A DNA stretch of 64,000 nt, counting the filler, from Dirinaria sp. TL-2023a (taxonomy: Eukaryota): assembly GCA_051941275.1 (NCBI GenBank). It is 4 parts of 4 records of this genome, joined end to end, with 100 filler letters (N's around TTAATTAATTAA, not from the genome) between each part and the next. Parts side by side here need not be neighbours in the genome. Positions count along the whole stretch, not along the records: positions 32,707 to 48,927 come from JAVEBF010000500.1; positions 49,028 to 64,000 come from JAVEBF010000569.1; 2 more parts are not named here. One strand, written 5' to 3'. Below, one piece after another: positions 37,909 to 50,952 of the stretch (the first letter of the stretch is position 1; each line of letters opens with the position of its first letter). The notes under the pieces were generated by a model. That model was not told the DNA's origin and did no database searches. It saw only the letters and a list, made by a program, of their open reading frames with translations. The translations under genes and the position numbers were made by a program.

Positions 37909-39260
37909 ATGGAGCAATCATGGCCTCCAAGTTGGAGCAAAGACTGGCATGCACTACTTGCTGCCGCCGCCGCCACTGTCGTGGTTAATATGCTCACCAC
38001 TTTACTTCGCTTCACTGCGCGCAAACGCGAAACGACTCGAACCGAGAGGAGGGAAGGCCTATACTTCGACGACTGGTTTATCCTTTTTGCCGCAGTATGA
38101 TGACGTATGTTCGAATAGTATTACTTACTCATATTGCTCATAGGTGACTGCCGCCATAATATCCTGGATAGATTTCGGCTGTGGGGTGAAATGACAAGGA
38201 GAAACAATGATCATTCCGCTGACTTGTAGCAGTGGCGATACACCTGACATCCACTCCAAGACCCAAGGTCCCCCAGAACTTCACATGCTATTCCTTTTTC
38301 GCCACGCACCTATGCTGGATACTCACTCTCGGGGTTGCAGAGTTGTCATGCTTAGCACTGTACTCTCGACATTTTGTCTCGCGTGATTTTGGAGAATGCA
38401 CAAAAACCAAACGCTGGATACTTGGCTTGAGAGTCATTGTCATAATGTGGACAATCGGAGCGGTATTTCAAGGACCTCTTCCGCTGATGCTCTCCTGCTG
38501 ACGGTATGAAGCTACTATGGACTGTATTTGGCGAAGGAATGCCGCCCAGCCGATATTGTACCACTGGTCCAAACGAACGGTACCAAGACAGGATCATAGC
38601 CACGTCGATAGTCCACTTCGTGATCAGCCTCGCCATTTTGATTACACCATTTGCCCGCGTTGCATTGTTGCCAAACAAACGGTCTCACAAGTGCATTCTT
38701 CTCTTGCTCTATACCCTGGGCTGGGTGTAAGTCAATCATACTCGCCACTTCCAATCACGATCATGGACTGATCTTCATTATCCAGTACCCTAGTATTCTC
38801 GGCCTTCCGATTCTATTACCTCCTGGAACGGCTGCATAAGCCTGCTCCTGAGACCCTGCATTACTTCGTGAAGGCAGTAATGTGGAGTCTCATCGAGATC
38901 AACACGTCTATTACCCTTCTGAACATGCCGGCACTCATGCCAATAGTGGATTGGTGTCTCGATATTTGGGTCTGGTTTCGTGCTGAAAAGCAAGAACTCG
39001 CGGCTGGAGCTACACATGGACGTGATGCAATCAATTCGATGCTGTTAAAGCCAACAAGGCCTCGCATGAACCTCTCAGATTCTGAGGCTGATCGCGAGAA
39101 TCAGGCGCAACGGCGCTCAGGGTCGGCAACCGAGGCTGGTAGACGATCGTTCGGCTTGGAAAGAACGTCCTCTGGCAGTCTTCATGTGCAGGAAATCCGT
39201 CGACAGTACCGAGTAATTAATGAATGGCCTCGAAGGGAAGGGGACGCATTGAATGCCTAG
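37909..39260 (+). CDS. Pth11-like (rhodopsin domain) integral membrane protein, divergent
   Basis: LLRFTARK..GLYFDDWFILFA, LSCLALYSRHF, ILITPFARV..P and WSLIEINTSITLLNMPALMP. Several introns. Confidence 0.75.
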
Positions 39261-39917
39261 ATTCTGGCGGCCTGCCGTTCACGAGATGATTGAATTCTTT
39301 CTGGGAGTAAAATTTGGAAAGCGCGATTAAGGAGGTTCAAGAGGGGCTAGGAAAGGACTGGTTCCATGTAGAGCATGGAAGACAATGTCGCTAATTTTCT
39401 AGGAGCTACTCACGCCGCATTTCACTATTTCTGATTGGATCCGCTAATCTGTGCGTTCAAATTGGCTTTGGAGGGCGCCCTGTACTCCTTTTTTGACTGA
39501 GCTTGGATGAGGGAGTGTAACCGGTCGGTGGTAGCAAATCGGTATGAGGTCAGGAATATCGGCTTTCATCTCATTAAAGTCTTCAACTCACAAGATAGGC
39601 CATGCTTAATCAAATATCAGGTTTTACCGTGATTCTCCGATCTAGTGTATTCATAATCATTCTCCCATTTTCTGTGGCAAATACTGGGACTAGCTCCCCA
39701 AACCGAAAAATAAAACTTCCCTCGCCTAAAATTGCCTTTTCCCGACCTCGGGCAAAATTACCCGAGCATTGACATCAGCGACCCCACACGGCGATCTCTT
39801 TTCACAATTGAAGAAGTTTACTAAGTACTGAGGTACATAGCCAGATGGCGCATCACCTTCCTTTCCACTCCCATACCAAGAACCTCTCCCCCATTCTCTC
39901 CCATCCCTCATAACGCC

Positions 39918-40412
39918 ATGACCAACACCCAAAACCCCACCCCACTACGCATCGCCCTCGGCAGCGACGATGCGGGGTTCACCTATAAATCGACCCTCAA
40001 AAGCGATCTCGAATCGCACCCACTCGTCAGCAGCGTCCTCGACGTCGGGGTCTCCTCCGCCTCTGACAAAACCGCCTACCCGCACTCCGCGGTGCGCGCG
40101 TGCAAACTCGTTCTCAGCGGAGAAGCGGACCGCGCGCTCTTGGTCTGCGGTACAGGGATGGGGGTGGCGATCTCGGCGAACAAAGTCCCTGGGATTAGGG
40201 CCGTGACGGCGCATGATAGTTTCAGTGTGGAGCGGGCGATCATGAGTAATGATGCGCAGGTGCTGTGCATGGGCGAACGGGTGGTTGGGCTTGAAGTCGC
40301 GAGGCGGCTGGTGAAAGAGTGGTTGGGTTATCGGTTTGATCCCGAGAGCGCGAGCGCGGAGAAGGTGAAGGCGATTTCGGAGTATGAGGAGAAGCTTAGG
40401 AATGGGGGTTAG
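39918..40412 (+). CDS. rpiB: RpiB/LacAB-family sugar-phosphate isomerase (D-erythrulose-4-phosphate isomerase-like)
   Basis: [30 protein letters not shown] and [26 protein letters not shown]. Intronless and GC-rich. Confidence 0.93.
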   Translation: MTNTQNPTPLRIALGSDDAGFTYKSTLKSDLESHPLVSSVLDVGVSSASDKTAYPHSAVRACKLVLSGEADRALLVCGTGMGVAISANKVPGIRAVTAHDSFSVERAIMSNDAQVLCMGERVVGLEVARRLVKEWLGYRFDPESASAEKVKAISEYEEKLRNGG

Positions 40413-40909
40413 TGGTGGAGGTTTAGGGAATGCATGCTTGGGGGGCAGGCTTGAGGGTGTGTGGGAAAGAGGAGGTGATAAGTCACTTGATTTGAACAGG
40501 ATTGACTAGGGGATTTATCTGATTTCATTGTACATAAATCATACCACTCTCGCAGGTTTTTCTTAAGCATGCATGCTATCGGCGTTCTCCTTGCTATTCA
40601 GTGGTCTGCCTCCCACCATCTAACATGCGTGGGCCATGTCAACCTCTCTGGCATTCTCGAAGTTCTTCAATGATCTGAGCTTCCAGCCTCTTTCGCCATT
40701 CTGCCGTCGGCCTCGTACTCTTCAGGACGGCGCATGGATTTAATCTGACGTCCGAAGACGTTGTGCCCAGATCTTCTCGAAACTGGGTCAGGGGTCCCAA
40801 TGTGGATTTGGATAAGAGCGACGCCTCACAAGCGAGTCTCTGGGTCGCTCGACAGGGAAAAGTGGGTCTTGCATTGAGACCAACGAGCAATATCTCGCCC
40901 ATCCACTGC

Positions 40910-41698
40910 TCACTCTTTCCCAACCTCCTCGACCACGCTCTTCATCGCCTCAACATCATGCGCGAATCTGCCCAGAAATAATCCATCTAGATCCCCCTTC
41001 AACTTTTCCCAAGTCCCCGGGCCCGCACTACCTCCGTACAGCATCTTTACCTGCCCATTCCTTCCCGTCTTTTCAATTATTGTTCTCAGCTGCCCTACCA
41101 CAGCACAGACATGATCCGCACTCGCTGGCTCCTGCGCCCCAATTGCCCACACGGGCTCATATGCAAAGATGACATTCGCATCGCCTGGAATGGCCTCAAG
41201 CACCGCTTTTACTTGCGGTGCGCACTCCCTCATCGCCAATCCGACCCCTTCTGACACGATTTTGCTTTGATGCTTCTCGCCGATGCATGTCAGCGGCACC
41301 ATTGCATTCCGCACGACAGCCTGCGCTTTCCGCGCTATCGTTACATCATCCTCGTAGAACGCCTCCCCGCGTCTCTCGGCGTGCCCGAGTACCACTATCG
41401 AGCATCCGATCTGCTTCAGCATCAGCGGGCTTACGCAGCCGGTGTACGGGCCAAGATCTTCCCAATGGCAGTCTTGTGCGCCGAGCGATATGTTGGGTGC
41501 GGGTTGGAGTATCGAGCTGGCGGGGAGGAGAGTTGGGAAGGAAGGGACGACGAAGATTCCGAGCGAGGACGGTGACGACGAGGAGTAGTGTTGAGCGAGG
41601 GACATGACGTAGGAAGCGCTAGCGTGGTAGTCGAAGTACATTTTTAGGGAGACGCCCACAAGGCGGCTTGGAAGGGGAGTGGACGTGCTGACAGCCAT
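40910..41698 (-). CDS. Atypical triosephosphate-isomerase-family protein (L-erythrulose-1-phosphate isomerase-like)
   Basis: GVSLKMYF, GAQD, GPYTG, LGHAERR, AYEPVWAIG, LYGGSAGPG and DGLFLGRF. Intronless. Confidence 0.9.
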   Translation of the reverse strand: MAVSTSTPLPSRLVGVSLKMYFDYHASASYVMSLAQHYSSSSPSSLGIFVVPSFPTLLPASSILQPAPNISLGAQDCHWEDLGPYTGCVSPLMLKQIGCSIVVLGHAERRGEAFYEDDVTIARKAQAVVRNAMVPLTCIGEKHQSKIVSEGVGLAMRECAPQVKAVLEAIPGDANVIFAYEPVWAIGAQEPASADHVCAVVGQLRTIIEKTGRNGQVKMLYGGSAGPGTWEKLKGDLDGLFLGRFAHDVEAMKSVVEEVGKE

Positions 41699-42001
41699 GT
41701 CTGGAGATTGAAAGGGAGGCTTGCTCGAAGCTCAGTAAGTGAAGAATGTCAACAGAGTACTTTACTAGTGTTTTGGAGGTGCCTCGGTTCATCTCGCGCT
41801 CGCGGGGTCGGTCCGGGTGCCCCGCGTTCTATCTATCGACCCCTCCACGTACCCCTCCATCATCAAACCTCAACAATTCGGAACCTGAAACATTATTTAA
41901 ACGGTTCCTTCAAATCTAGCCTTCCTGTAACCTACATACTTCTCAAATATCTCACATCATATCTAAGAATATTTGCTTGATCGAATTTGAAAGTTGCAAC
42001 C

Positions 42002-42463
42002 ATGGTCACTCAGTCCCCCAAGTTCAAGCAGGCCACTACCGACAGCAAGAAGCTGAAGGCCAAACCTACCGACGATGAGCTGCTCGAGGTTGCTCTATTC
42101 CGACCGATGCCGACCGTTCAATATCTCCTTAGCTGACATGTTGTGTAGCTATACGCACTCTACAAAGTCGGTACCCAAGAGACCAAGTTTGAGGACGCTC
42201 CTAAGCCCGGTGCTTTCGACTTCAAGGTTTGTTCCCATGATCCAACAACATGCTCTATCTCCCAGGACTATTTCTCTTTCTCATCTGCCACCACGCTCTG
42301 TATAATATTTATTGTTGGCTAACGCTACTACTCCTCGCAGGGCAAGTACAAGTACAACGCCTGGAAGAAGCTCGTCGATGCAAAAACCACCCCAGAAGAT
42401 GCGCAGACGAAGTATGTAGAGCTGGTCGACAAGCTGAAGGGAACTTATGGGATGAACGCATAA
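42002..42463 (+). CDS. ACB1: Acyl-CoA-binding protein
   Basis: Three exons give MVTQSPKFKQA..LKAKPTDDELLE|LYALYKVGTQ..PKPGAFDFK|GKYKYNAWKKL..AQTKYVELVDKLK. Introns 42089-42148 and 42227-42340. Confidence 0.93.
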
Positions 42464-43574
42464 GGATACAGCGTGGAATGGGTACAGAGAAGCATGTTTT
42501 ATGTTCATGGAGCGGAGGGTGGTTCTCTTACTGTGAATGTTTTCGCATGGTATACGGATTCCTGCAAAAACCCAGTATGCCAATCATCTTTTCCATTACC
42601 CTGATGACTGTTGTCCTTGGGTAGCAGTACTTCCACAGAGAAATCCCGAAGGTTCTATAATTGCTGAAATCTGGTTCATTAGAGTTCACCTCAGCTATTG
42701 GTAAATAGATTTTTATCTCCTCTACTTTGCTATGAGTTTCTTTCTTTCCTTCCAGAACAAGTAGTGCCAATGACTCGAGCCAGTAGTATTCGACAGTGGG
42801 CACTTTTGCCACGTCGACTACCATCATTGTGTCAAATTAATCGAGAGAGGGATAAAGTCAGCAAAGAGTGAGGACAGATAACGATTGCAGGATAGTGAGG
42901 AAGAATAGTGTAGCATGTTCACAGATAGTACATTAACATATAAAAGCTACTCATGCCTCTACTCATGCCTTCGTAGGTGTTTGGTACATGAGCAATTTAT
43001 TAGCACGCAGTATGTATATTTGCAGATGATATCCTATATTCATGCATACAATAAACAGAATTATGATAGACAGTAAGGTATGCTGGCAGTTTAATCAAGA
43101 GTCCCGTCAATTGCAGACGTTCAACCCTGACCTAGCCCTGCGTAAGGACTGAACTACCTTACATAAGAGGATCAGATGTTACAAAATCGCACTACAATCT
43201 CCATTGGAGATGGCTATCTTCCCAGTCCCTCATGCTCTACTCTGAGATTCTTGTTTCCTTCTTTGAGAGATCTTTGAGAGAAGATCAGTCAAACGATTGA
43301 TAAGCTCTTGTACTTGACAAGCGTGGATTTTCTTTTGGACTATCTTTCTGAGCTTCCAAGTCATCCTGAGGATAAGGTCAGTAAAGAGAGTACAGAAACT
43401 GCTATCTACAAGGTACCCTTCGTAGTGAGGTAATAAGTTCCGTACTACGATAAGTGAGTGATATTTCGAAAGTATTCATCTTCGGTTCATTTCAAATGGC
43501 ACAAATTAATGAGGTCAGGCCAACCGCAATCGTCTCCTTTCCGTCTCGTGGCAACTAGCCAATTTTCAAACAAC

Positions 43575-44746
43575 ATGACACCTTCCGCCAGAAAGCGCAA
43601 AGCGGCCGATCTTCCTAGGTACTCCGTGCCCCAGATTCTGAATCCGAGAATCCATGGACTAACGTTGAGTCTCCGTCAGCAATGACAGCAAGCCGAAGCA
43701 GCGTAGGCGGGAAACCACCACACTCGATCCTGAAGGCGACATAGTTTTGGAAGTTTCGAGCTCACAGGACGAGGAGAAAATTTCATTACTAGTGTCCTCC
43801 AAGGTCCTCTCCCTAGCATCGCCGGTCTTTGCCAGAATGCTCGGCCCCAATTTCGAAGAGGGTTCTCGCAGAGCTTCAGCATCTGCGCCCGCCAGTATAC
43901 GCCTACCGGAGGACAACGCTGCAGCAATGGAGATATTCTGCCGGGCAATTCACTATCAGATCAATGATATCTCGGAACCGGTCACGCCTACTCAGCTAGA
44001 AAACTTAGCAGTTCTGTGTGACAAGTATGATTGCGTGAGAGCGCTGAAGCCGTGGACTACTCTATGGTTTACAGCGGCACTTGAAGACTATCCTTCCAAG
44101 GATAGCTGTTTGAAGCTTCTTGTAGCAGCATGTGCCCTTGACGATCCACATGCTTTCTCAATGGTATCGTGGGAAATCGTCGTTACTCGTCAAGGCCCAA
44201 TTCGCGGCCTTGAGAAGCTAACTGATCATGATCTTATGCCTAAGACGGTTTTGGGTATGTCTGGCACGTACATTTGTTTCTACGGCTGACACTACGTAAG
44301 CCGAGATGGACCATCGCAGATCTGAGATATACCTGGACATATCAGATGCGATCGAGAAGCCTATCGAGGGGTTGTTGAATCTATCAGGCGAGGTTTCTTG
44401 CCCGAATATTGCTCGCTTCATTACGCAATACCTCAACGAGCTTCGACGGCGATGCATTTGGCCGCTGGCAGTGATGATGATGCAACATTTCAGTGCTTCA
44501 GACATTTGTTCCCACCTGCAGTCCATAAGACCCCCAAAATTGGTATGCTGTGGAGCCAAGGAATGTCGACAGTGCAGAAAAACTGAAATAGTCAACGCCG
44601 CCGCGAACTTGATGGAAAGCTTACGAGCCGCGGGGACAAAGATCAAGGGTGATGACAAAGATAACAGGGTGGGTCTCTGCTTGGACTGCGTGAAATCAGG
44701 CAGACAATCTCGCTCTGCAGGATCTTGCCGGACAAAGCATATCTAA
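43575..44746 (+). CDS. BTB/POZ domain protein (copy 1)
   Basis: LDPEGDIVL, LVSSKVLSLASPVFARML, LPEDN, LAVLCDKYDC and C-terminal GLCLDCVK..CRTKH. Two introns. Confidence 0.88.
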
Positions 44747-45584
44747 AGCGCTCTAACAACTTTTGTCGTTCGATTAGCACTCAAAAGTGGTTATGGTCCG
44801 AGAATATTGAGTCCAGGATTTCAGACCATACTAGCTTTTGGGAGCCCGCAACATCTTAATGGCGTTCAAAGCTGCCACGCACATGGTTGCGGGCTTGGCA
44901 GCGTCAACAGGATACCGTATGAAAGCCAATATGAAGCTGCTGGTCTGCTTGATGAAGGGTATGACTTTTGATAAATTAGCCACCGAGATATCAGTATTTT
45001 TAAGGAATGCTATCATGATCTTCCGACGACAATTGATGGATTCTTAACAAGTTCATTAAAGCATGTATTGCTCCGATATATATCCCCTATGACGTGAAAT
45101 ATGGTGCTGTCGCTCTTAAGTCTCAACCTTGCTCGTGTCCGCTTCGGACAAACACTTGCTTTCGCAGATTTAAAAAGGCCCTTTGTAGTAGAAGCCATGG
45201 CGTAGCCTGTATCTTTGAGTACAGGAATTGAGGAGAAGTTGAGTCGCTAGAACGTTCCTGAAAATGTGAAGTATACCTTCACTGTATTCACATGCTTAAC
45301 AGAAATTGTTTGGCGCCGCTCTAGACTTCGCGGCAGATTCATTTCAAGGCAGCGACTGTCTCGTCTCATTACGACAAAACAAATTATTTCCTTTGCATCT
45401 AGCTGCAGGCTTCCGGATCTGCTCTTTCTTTGATGCTTATAAGCCGCGTCTAGCCGATGGTAGCATGCTTCATTTCAAAGCTGAAACTCAGCCAAGGCAA
45501 ACATACACCGACTTATAGGTGAAGTCCAACCTCCATCTCTGCCCCTCACTGTCAGAGGAAGGCTCTGCATCTCGCGCCACTACT

Positions 45585-46604
45585 ATGGCAGACAAATCTA
45601 ACATAATCGAAATCGACCCAGACGGTGATGTTCAGCTGCAACTCTCATTAGGAGAAGACGATAATAGGGAGTTCTTAGTCTTAAAAGTAGCGTCCAAGAC
45701 ACTCACTCTAGCGTCGCCGGTCTTCAACAAGATGCTCAACTCCAGCTTCAAAGAAGGCATAGCGAAGACAACCAAGGGCAGTGTTGCCATCCCCTTGCCC
45801 GAAGACGACTCAGAAGCGATGACCATAATATGTCGAGCTCTCCATAATATGAACGATCTTGTTCCCGAACAACTCTCTACGACTTTGCTCGAAGAGATTG
45901 CGGTCCTCTGCAACAAATACGATTGTGCGCGAGCGCTCATGGCTCACGGCAACGTCTGGATCCGGAATGGTCTTGATTCTAGTCCTAGTTCATTGGACCT
46001 GGATAAACTCCTGTTTGCCGCCTGCGTCCTTGATATTCCGGCGGCATTTGCAAAGGTTGGATGGGAGTTTGTTCTAGCCCGCGGAGAGCGTATTATCGAC
46101 CTTCAAGTGGGACTACCTGCACTATTTCCCCACCAGATCCTTAGTAAGTGTGGTGGAAAGCTTATTGTGGAACGTTGCTAAAAAAATACAGGGGAACTAG
46201 ACAATATGAAAGATGAGCTTCATCAGAAGCTTATAAATGCACTTGAAACTCCACTAAAGGCTTTTATGACGCCTGGACAGTGTCCAGCCAGTCAGCGCGT
46301 AGTCTTGCAATATCTCCAAAATTTGCACCGATCATCATTATGGCCTATAGGACCATTGTCCCGGAAAGCTAGCCTTTCCGTGATTCTCACACGGATAGAA
46401 GGACTCGCAGAGCCCAATATCCAGACATGCGAAATTGGAAGTTGGTGTATGGTGTGTCAACACAACGATACGCCAAAATTCAAGGAGGGAATCCTCAAGA
46501 CACGACAGGAGATTCTGAATGCGAGGCCAAGACTCTGTCTGGACTGCCTCAAAAGCGAGAAGCAGACACTCAGGGAAGGCAAATGTCGCATCAAGCATGA
46601 GTGA
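45585..46604 (+). CDS. BTB/POZ domain protein (copy 2)
   Basis: IDPDGDVQL, VASKTLTLASPVFNKML, LPEDD, IAVLCNKYDC and C-terminal LCLDCLK..CRIKH. One intron near 46144-46191. Confidence 0.88.
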
Positions 46605-47165
46605 ACGGGTCCAGGCAAAAGACCAGCAGGGGTTTGGGAGAGATCAAAGAGATTGTCAGCATCCTCACGTCTCTCGATTTGCGTGCTGATATGTCTACGC
46701 GAGCGCCCATTTCCCGATCCTGGACAGTTGGGAGGTTGAGGGTAGATAAGAATTCGCGTGTTGCTCGGATGGGGAAGTTGCTGTTATGTACGATATCAAG
46801 GTAGTCTAAGTGGGAAAGTTAGCATCTGCAAACTGTGCACACTCGCTGCAGATTTCCGTTAGAAGGCGAACTCGCATTATGCTGATTCGGTGCCAACAAT
46901 TCATCATCCATCTTCAAAGTCCGGGCACAACACAGTAAATGATTTCGGCAAAAGCTGTGACCCCGAGTCAAGTAGCAACTGAGCGTGTCTATTGTGTTTA
47001 GACGCATTACGTAAGCATCCGCCATTGACGGGGCAACGCGAAGACAACAGCTGAATTTCAACTTCCCTCAATTCGCATCTCCAATCGCAGACTCCACAAC
47101 CACTCTCACAACTCCACCCTCAGAACCTCCAGTAAACCTTTCTCTATCAAACTCTACCTCCAAAA

Positions 47166-48024
47166 ATGGTGATCCACTCCTCTTCCTATCCACGTCCCTC
47201 TCCCTCTCCCTCTGCACGCCCCTCCTCTAAACGCGCTCCCACTTTCAGAATTCCCCTCGTATACTAACACACCATCTCTACACCGCAGGCATCAACAAAC
47301 TACAAAGAAGCCTTCTCGCTCTTCGACAAACGCGGCAACGGCCGCGTCGCGCTCCAATCCCTCGGCGACCTCCTGCGCGCCTGCGGACAGAACCCCACGT
47401 TGGCTGAGATCTCAGAACTGGAGGCCAGTGTCGGCGGAGACTGTACGGTTTCCCTTTTCCCCTTTCACTTCCACCGTTCCTTTTCACGCGGATTGCGAAA
47501 ACCCCAGTCTCTATTTCTCTGGAAGTTGCGCACGGCTAATGCATGGCGACCGTACAGTCGATTTCGAGTCCTTCTCCAAAATCCTCAATCGGCCAGGCGG
47601 GTTCCGCGAACCGGGAGAGCCGGAAGAGTACTGTCGCGGCTTCCAGGTGTTTGACAAAGATATGACGGGGTTTATCGGCGTGGGCCAGCTGAGATACAGT
47701 AATGTCCCTCCCTTAACCCCCTCTCAAAGAATTCCAAACACTCGAGAACCGGAAACCGAGCGTCCGAAGACGCATCTACAACGAAAATTTAAGGTATATA
47801 GGGAAGATATGGCTAACGTTTGTTGGCGTGAGCGATAGTCCTAACGAATCTGGGCGAGAAAATGAGCGACGAGGAAGTCGATGAGTTGTTGAAGATCGCG
47901 GATACGAGTAATGGAGAGGTTAATTACACTGGTACGTTCGTATCAAAGCATTTTGGCCCAATGTGGTAGATGGCGAAAGCTGATGGATTTTGCAGAGCTT
48001 GTGCGGACAATCCTAGCGAATTGA
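47166..48024 (+). CDS. Myosin light chain (Cdc4/Mlc1-type EF-hand protein)
   Basis: ATG-only first exon, then ASTNYKEAFSLFDKRGNG..LRACGQNPTLAEI|..FQVFDKDMTGFIGVGQLRY|ILTNLGEKMSDEEVDELL..NYT|ELVRTILAN*. Confidence 0.93.
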
Positions 48025-48927
48025 GCAGGCCCTTCCTGATAATACTGAAGAGAACCACCTACGTGTAGACAGTGAACTGGGCTTTGGGCCGAGCGGAGTT
48101 GGAGCGTTGGCTATGGCATAGGCGTACCTAGGTACAATAGGAAGAAAGCCACGTGGGTTTTGACGCTGGGTGTATTACGATGTAGGTAGAAACATGCATA
48201 TATGGGCTACTACTGGGTTCCGTAACCAGATCCTGCATTCATCACGACCTTGATAACCTTTGTACCTGCTGTTCTAACTCCGACGACGCTCTACACCTGG
48301 CTCAAACCCCAGCGGGCGTGTTTGAAATGCGTAGGAGGCACGCTCCAAGCTTCCAATACCAACCCACCGGCATGAATCCGTCGTGAGATTGGACATATCC
48401 CATCGGCGGACCTTCAAAACCGCTCTCAGCTCTTAGAGCACCTGACTTCTTCACGGACTGTGGGCGTACATAATGGGTATACATATCTCAGCCCATGCTC
48501 AGGGGGGCTACGCCCATAAGATCGAGGATAATTTGCCCTCAATCTGCTTCTGCTAGAAGCCGTAGCTCGTGTTCAAGAGTCGTTCCGCTGTCGGAGAGCA
48601 TCGATCCAGGGCCATCCCACCCCTCGAACAGAAGAGCTGAAAAGATCCCGTTGAAAAGTCCGTGTCGAAGGGCGTATGAATCTCTCCATATTCCAAAAAC
48701 CTTTGTATTGGCTTTTGTATTCCATATTCCATCACGCACCGCTACCACCCTCTTCACTCGCCTCCAGGCCCCTCAATCTCCATCAGACCTCCCTCGGGGA
48801 AGTACATCACCCTGCCCCGAACGCGCTTCCCATGCACCACCACCTCCGCCGCGCCTTCAATCTCATACCCGACCACGAGCGCGCACCGCGCACAACTCCA
48901 CACCCGCCTCCTCTCCCACCCGTCCCT

Positions 48928-49027
48928 NNNNNNNNNNNNNNNNNNNNNNNNNNNNNNNNNNNNNNNNNNNNTTAATTAATTAANNNNNNNNNNNNNNNNN
49001 NNNNNNNNNNNNNNNNNNNNNNNNNNN
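48928..49027. other. Artificial contig-joining spacer
   Basis: N44-TTAATTAATTAA-N44. Confidence 0.99.
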
Positions 49028-50952
49028 ATTCTTCATACGCTAAGGCTACACAGAAAGGGAAATACTTGATTGAAATTTCTCTTTGTGCAACTGCTTTCGC
49101 CCTGCGTTGAGAATTAGTAATAGCGGCCATGCCATGTGTGGGCTTAGGTAGGATCGCAAGTAAGGTAAAGTAAGGTATGACGCATAGCGCGCGGGTCCTT
49201 TGTTGAAGGGCGCGGGGGAGGGGGAGAAGGGCGATTATTGATTGGCGCATACTGATGAGTCACGAGCAAAGATAAATTCAGGATCATGTGACATGTGAAA
49301 AATTCGTTGAAGTTTTGAGGACGGTTTTGGGATAGGTGATTTTGTTGTTGTTGTTGTTGTTGGGATGGAAGATAGATGCAGGGTATCCGAAATGAGGTAA
49401 GATATATGAGGAAATATATGGGGCGATGTTCTGAGATGAATGTATTCGGATATGAGAAATTTGAAAGGGATATCGTAGAAGATGATTGGCAAGAAAGCTG
49501 TAGTTCACGGGGGAACGTTGGGCATCGTCTCCGCTCTGCTCTGTAGCTGAAAAGTTTGGCGGCTATCAACCTTACACAGATCCCGCAGAACTTTTCCCGA
49601 TACCAAAGAGCTGTGGTAGAGCGCACAGCGTATTTGTTCGATTCTTGAAGTATTTGCTTCGAGAACTTAAGATAATGCATCTACGCTCTAGATGTCCTTA
49701 CTCAATGCCTTTCTTGAAAGCATTGCGTGACGCGCTTCCAGACGTGGAGAGAATTGGCAGCGGGGAGGAAGATCGAGGAAGGAATTTTGGTATAGAAGTA
49801 CAGAAAGTGGGTGTGATGAAACGTGTCTTGATCTCGTTAATGGTATTATTGATGAAGAGGGATACCTTGGTGGTCGGGTTTTGTAGGGATGGGCCACTTT
49901 CGAATACGACGTGACGATGGAGAGTTCATTGGTTGTTACTTATTTAAGGTAGGTACGATGTATCGCACGGAGTATATCTCGAATTTCTACATTAGGTCAC
50001 GATTTCTCAGCTGGAGAAGTAGAGCAAAAGAAAATTAAGCTTCGGGCCCCTCGGTGTCAAGATGATGAAACGCGCTTGAGGATTGCCGCGACCTCGTACA
50101 GTCGTACTGTATTTGGAAAATGCAGGGGGTTTTGTTTCAGGATTTTTTTTGGGTTTGGACCTTACCTTATGCAAGGTACAGTACTTGACCCGGACGCCCG
50201 ATTCATCCTACTGATCTAGGTTCTCGACAGAGGCGCAATACCCATTGTGTGAACTTTGGTAGCGATAGAGATACGTATAATTCTGCTGAGGATGATCTCG
50301 CCCATCGAGAGATTCGCTGCCCGTAGAACCTCGAAAGGATGATTGACTTTGTGTGACTGTATCATCAACAATTGTTTTAGAGGGAACCAGCTCAATAAGA
50401 CTTCCAACAACCGGACAGCGGCAAGGCAGCGGCATAGCATCCGAAGCAAGAACCTTATATTCAGGTGATCTCCGACCAGAGACACGGCTGCTTTATTATT
50501 AAACAAATGACAGATTCGGCACGTTCTGAAACATGCAACCTCGGCATGCCTTCGGAATGATATTTGTGTGCCGCTTTCCTTCGACTTTTGAAGATCAAAG
50601 ACTGGGATTTAATAGAATCCTGGTGGAGCTAATTAGGCTTGAGCTTGAGGAGCTTTCGCACTCTTCATGTGGCTCGGAACCTTGGGAGGCATTGAATAGT
50701 TAATATAGCTTTTTCTGACGCTCCTGCACGGTAAGATTCCGCGTTGGGATCTGCGTTCTATCATTCTCATCTGACCGCTAATTGTCTGACTTCTTTTGCT
50801 CTGCCATAGATCAGGATCGTGCATAATTATGCGCTGATGGAATGAATGCCGCTGTGGCATTTGTAAAGCTAGGCTAGCATCATTGCATATTCTTCTTTTC
50901 TGACGGACGCTGCTTTTGGTTAAACTTCGTTTTGCTCCGTTTCTTTTTCAGT

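Noticed and set aside
40639..40923. 94-aa ORF between RpiB and the TPI-like gene as a missing kinase
   Set aside because: Non-ATG start, overlaps the TPI-like stop, no DAK motifs and far too short.
48676..48927. Possible gene start at contig end
   Set aside because: Truncated, low-complexity and without family evidence.
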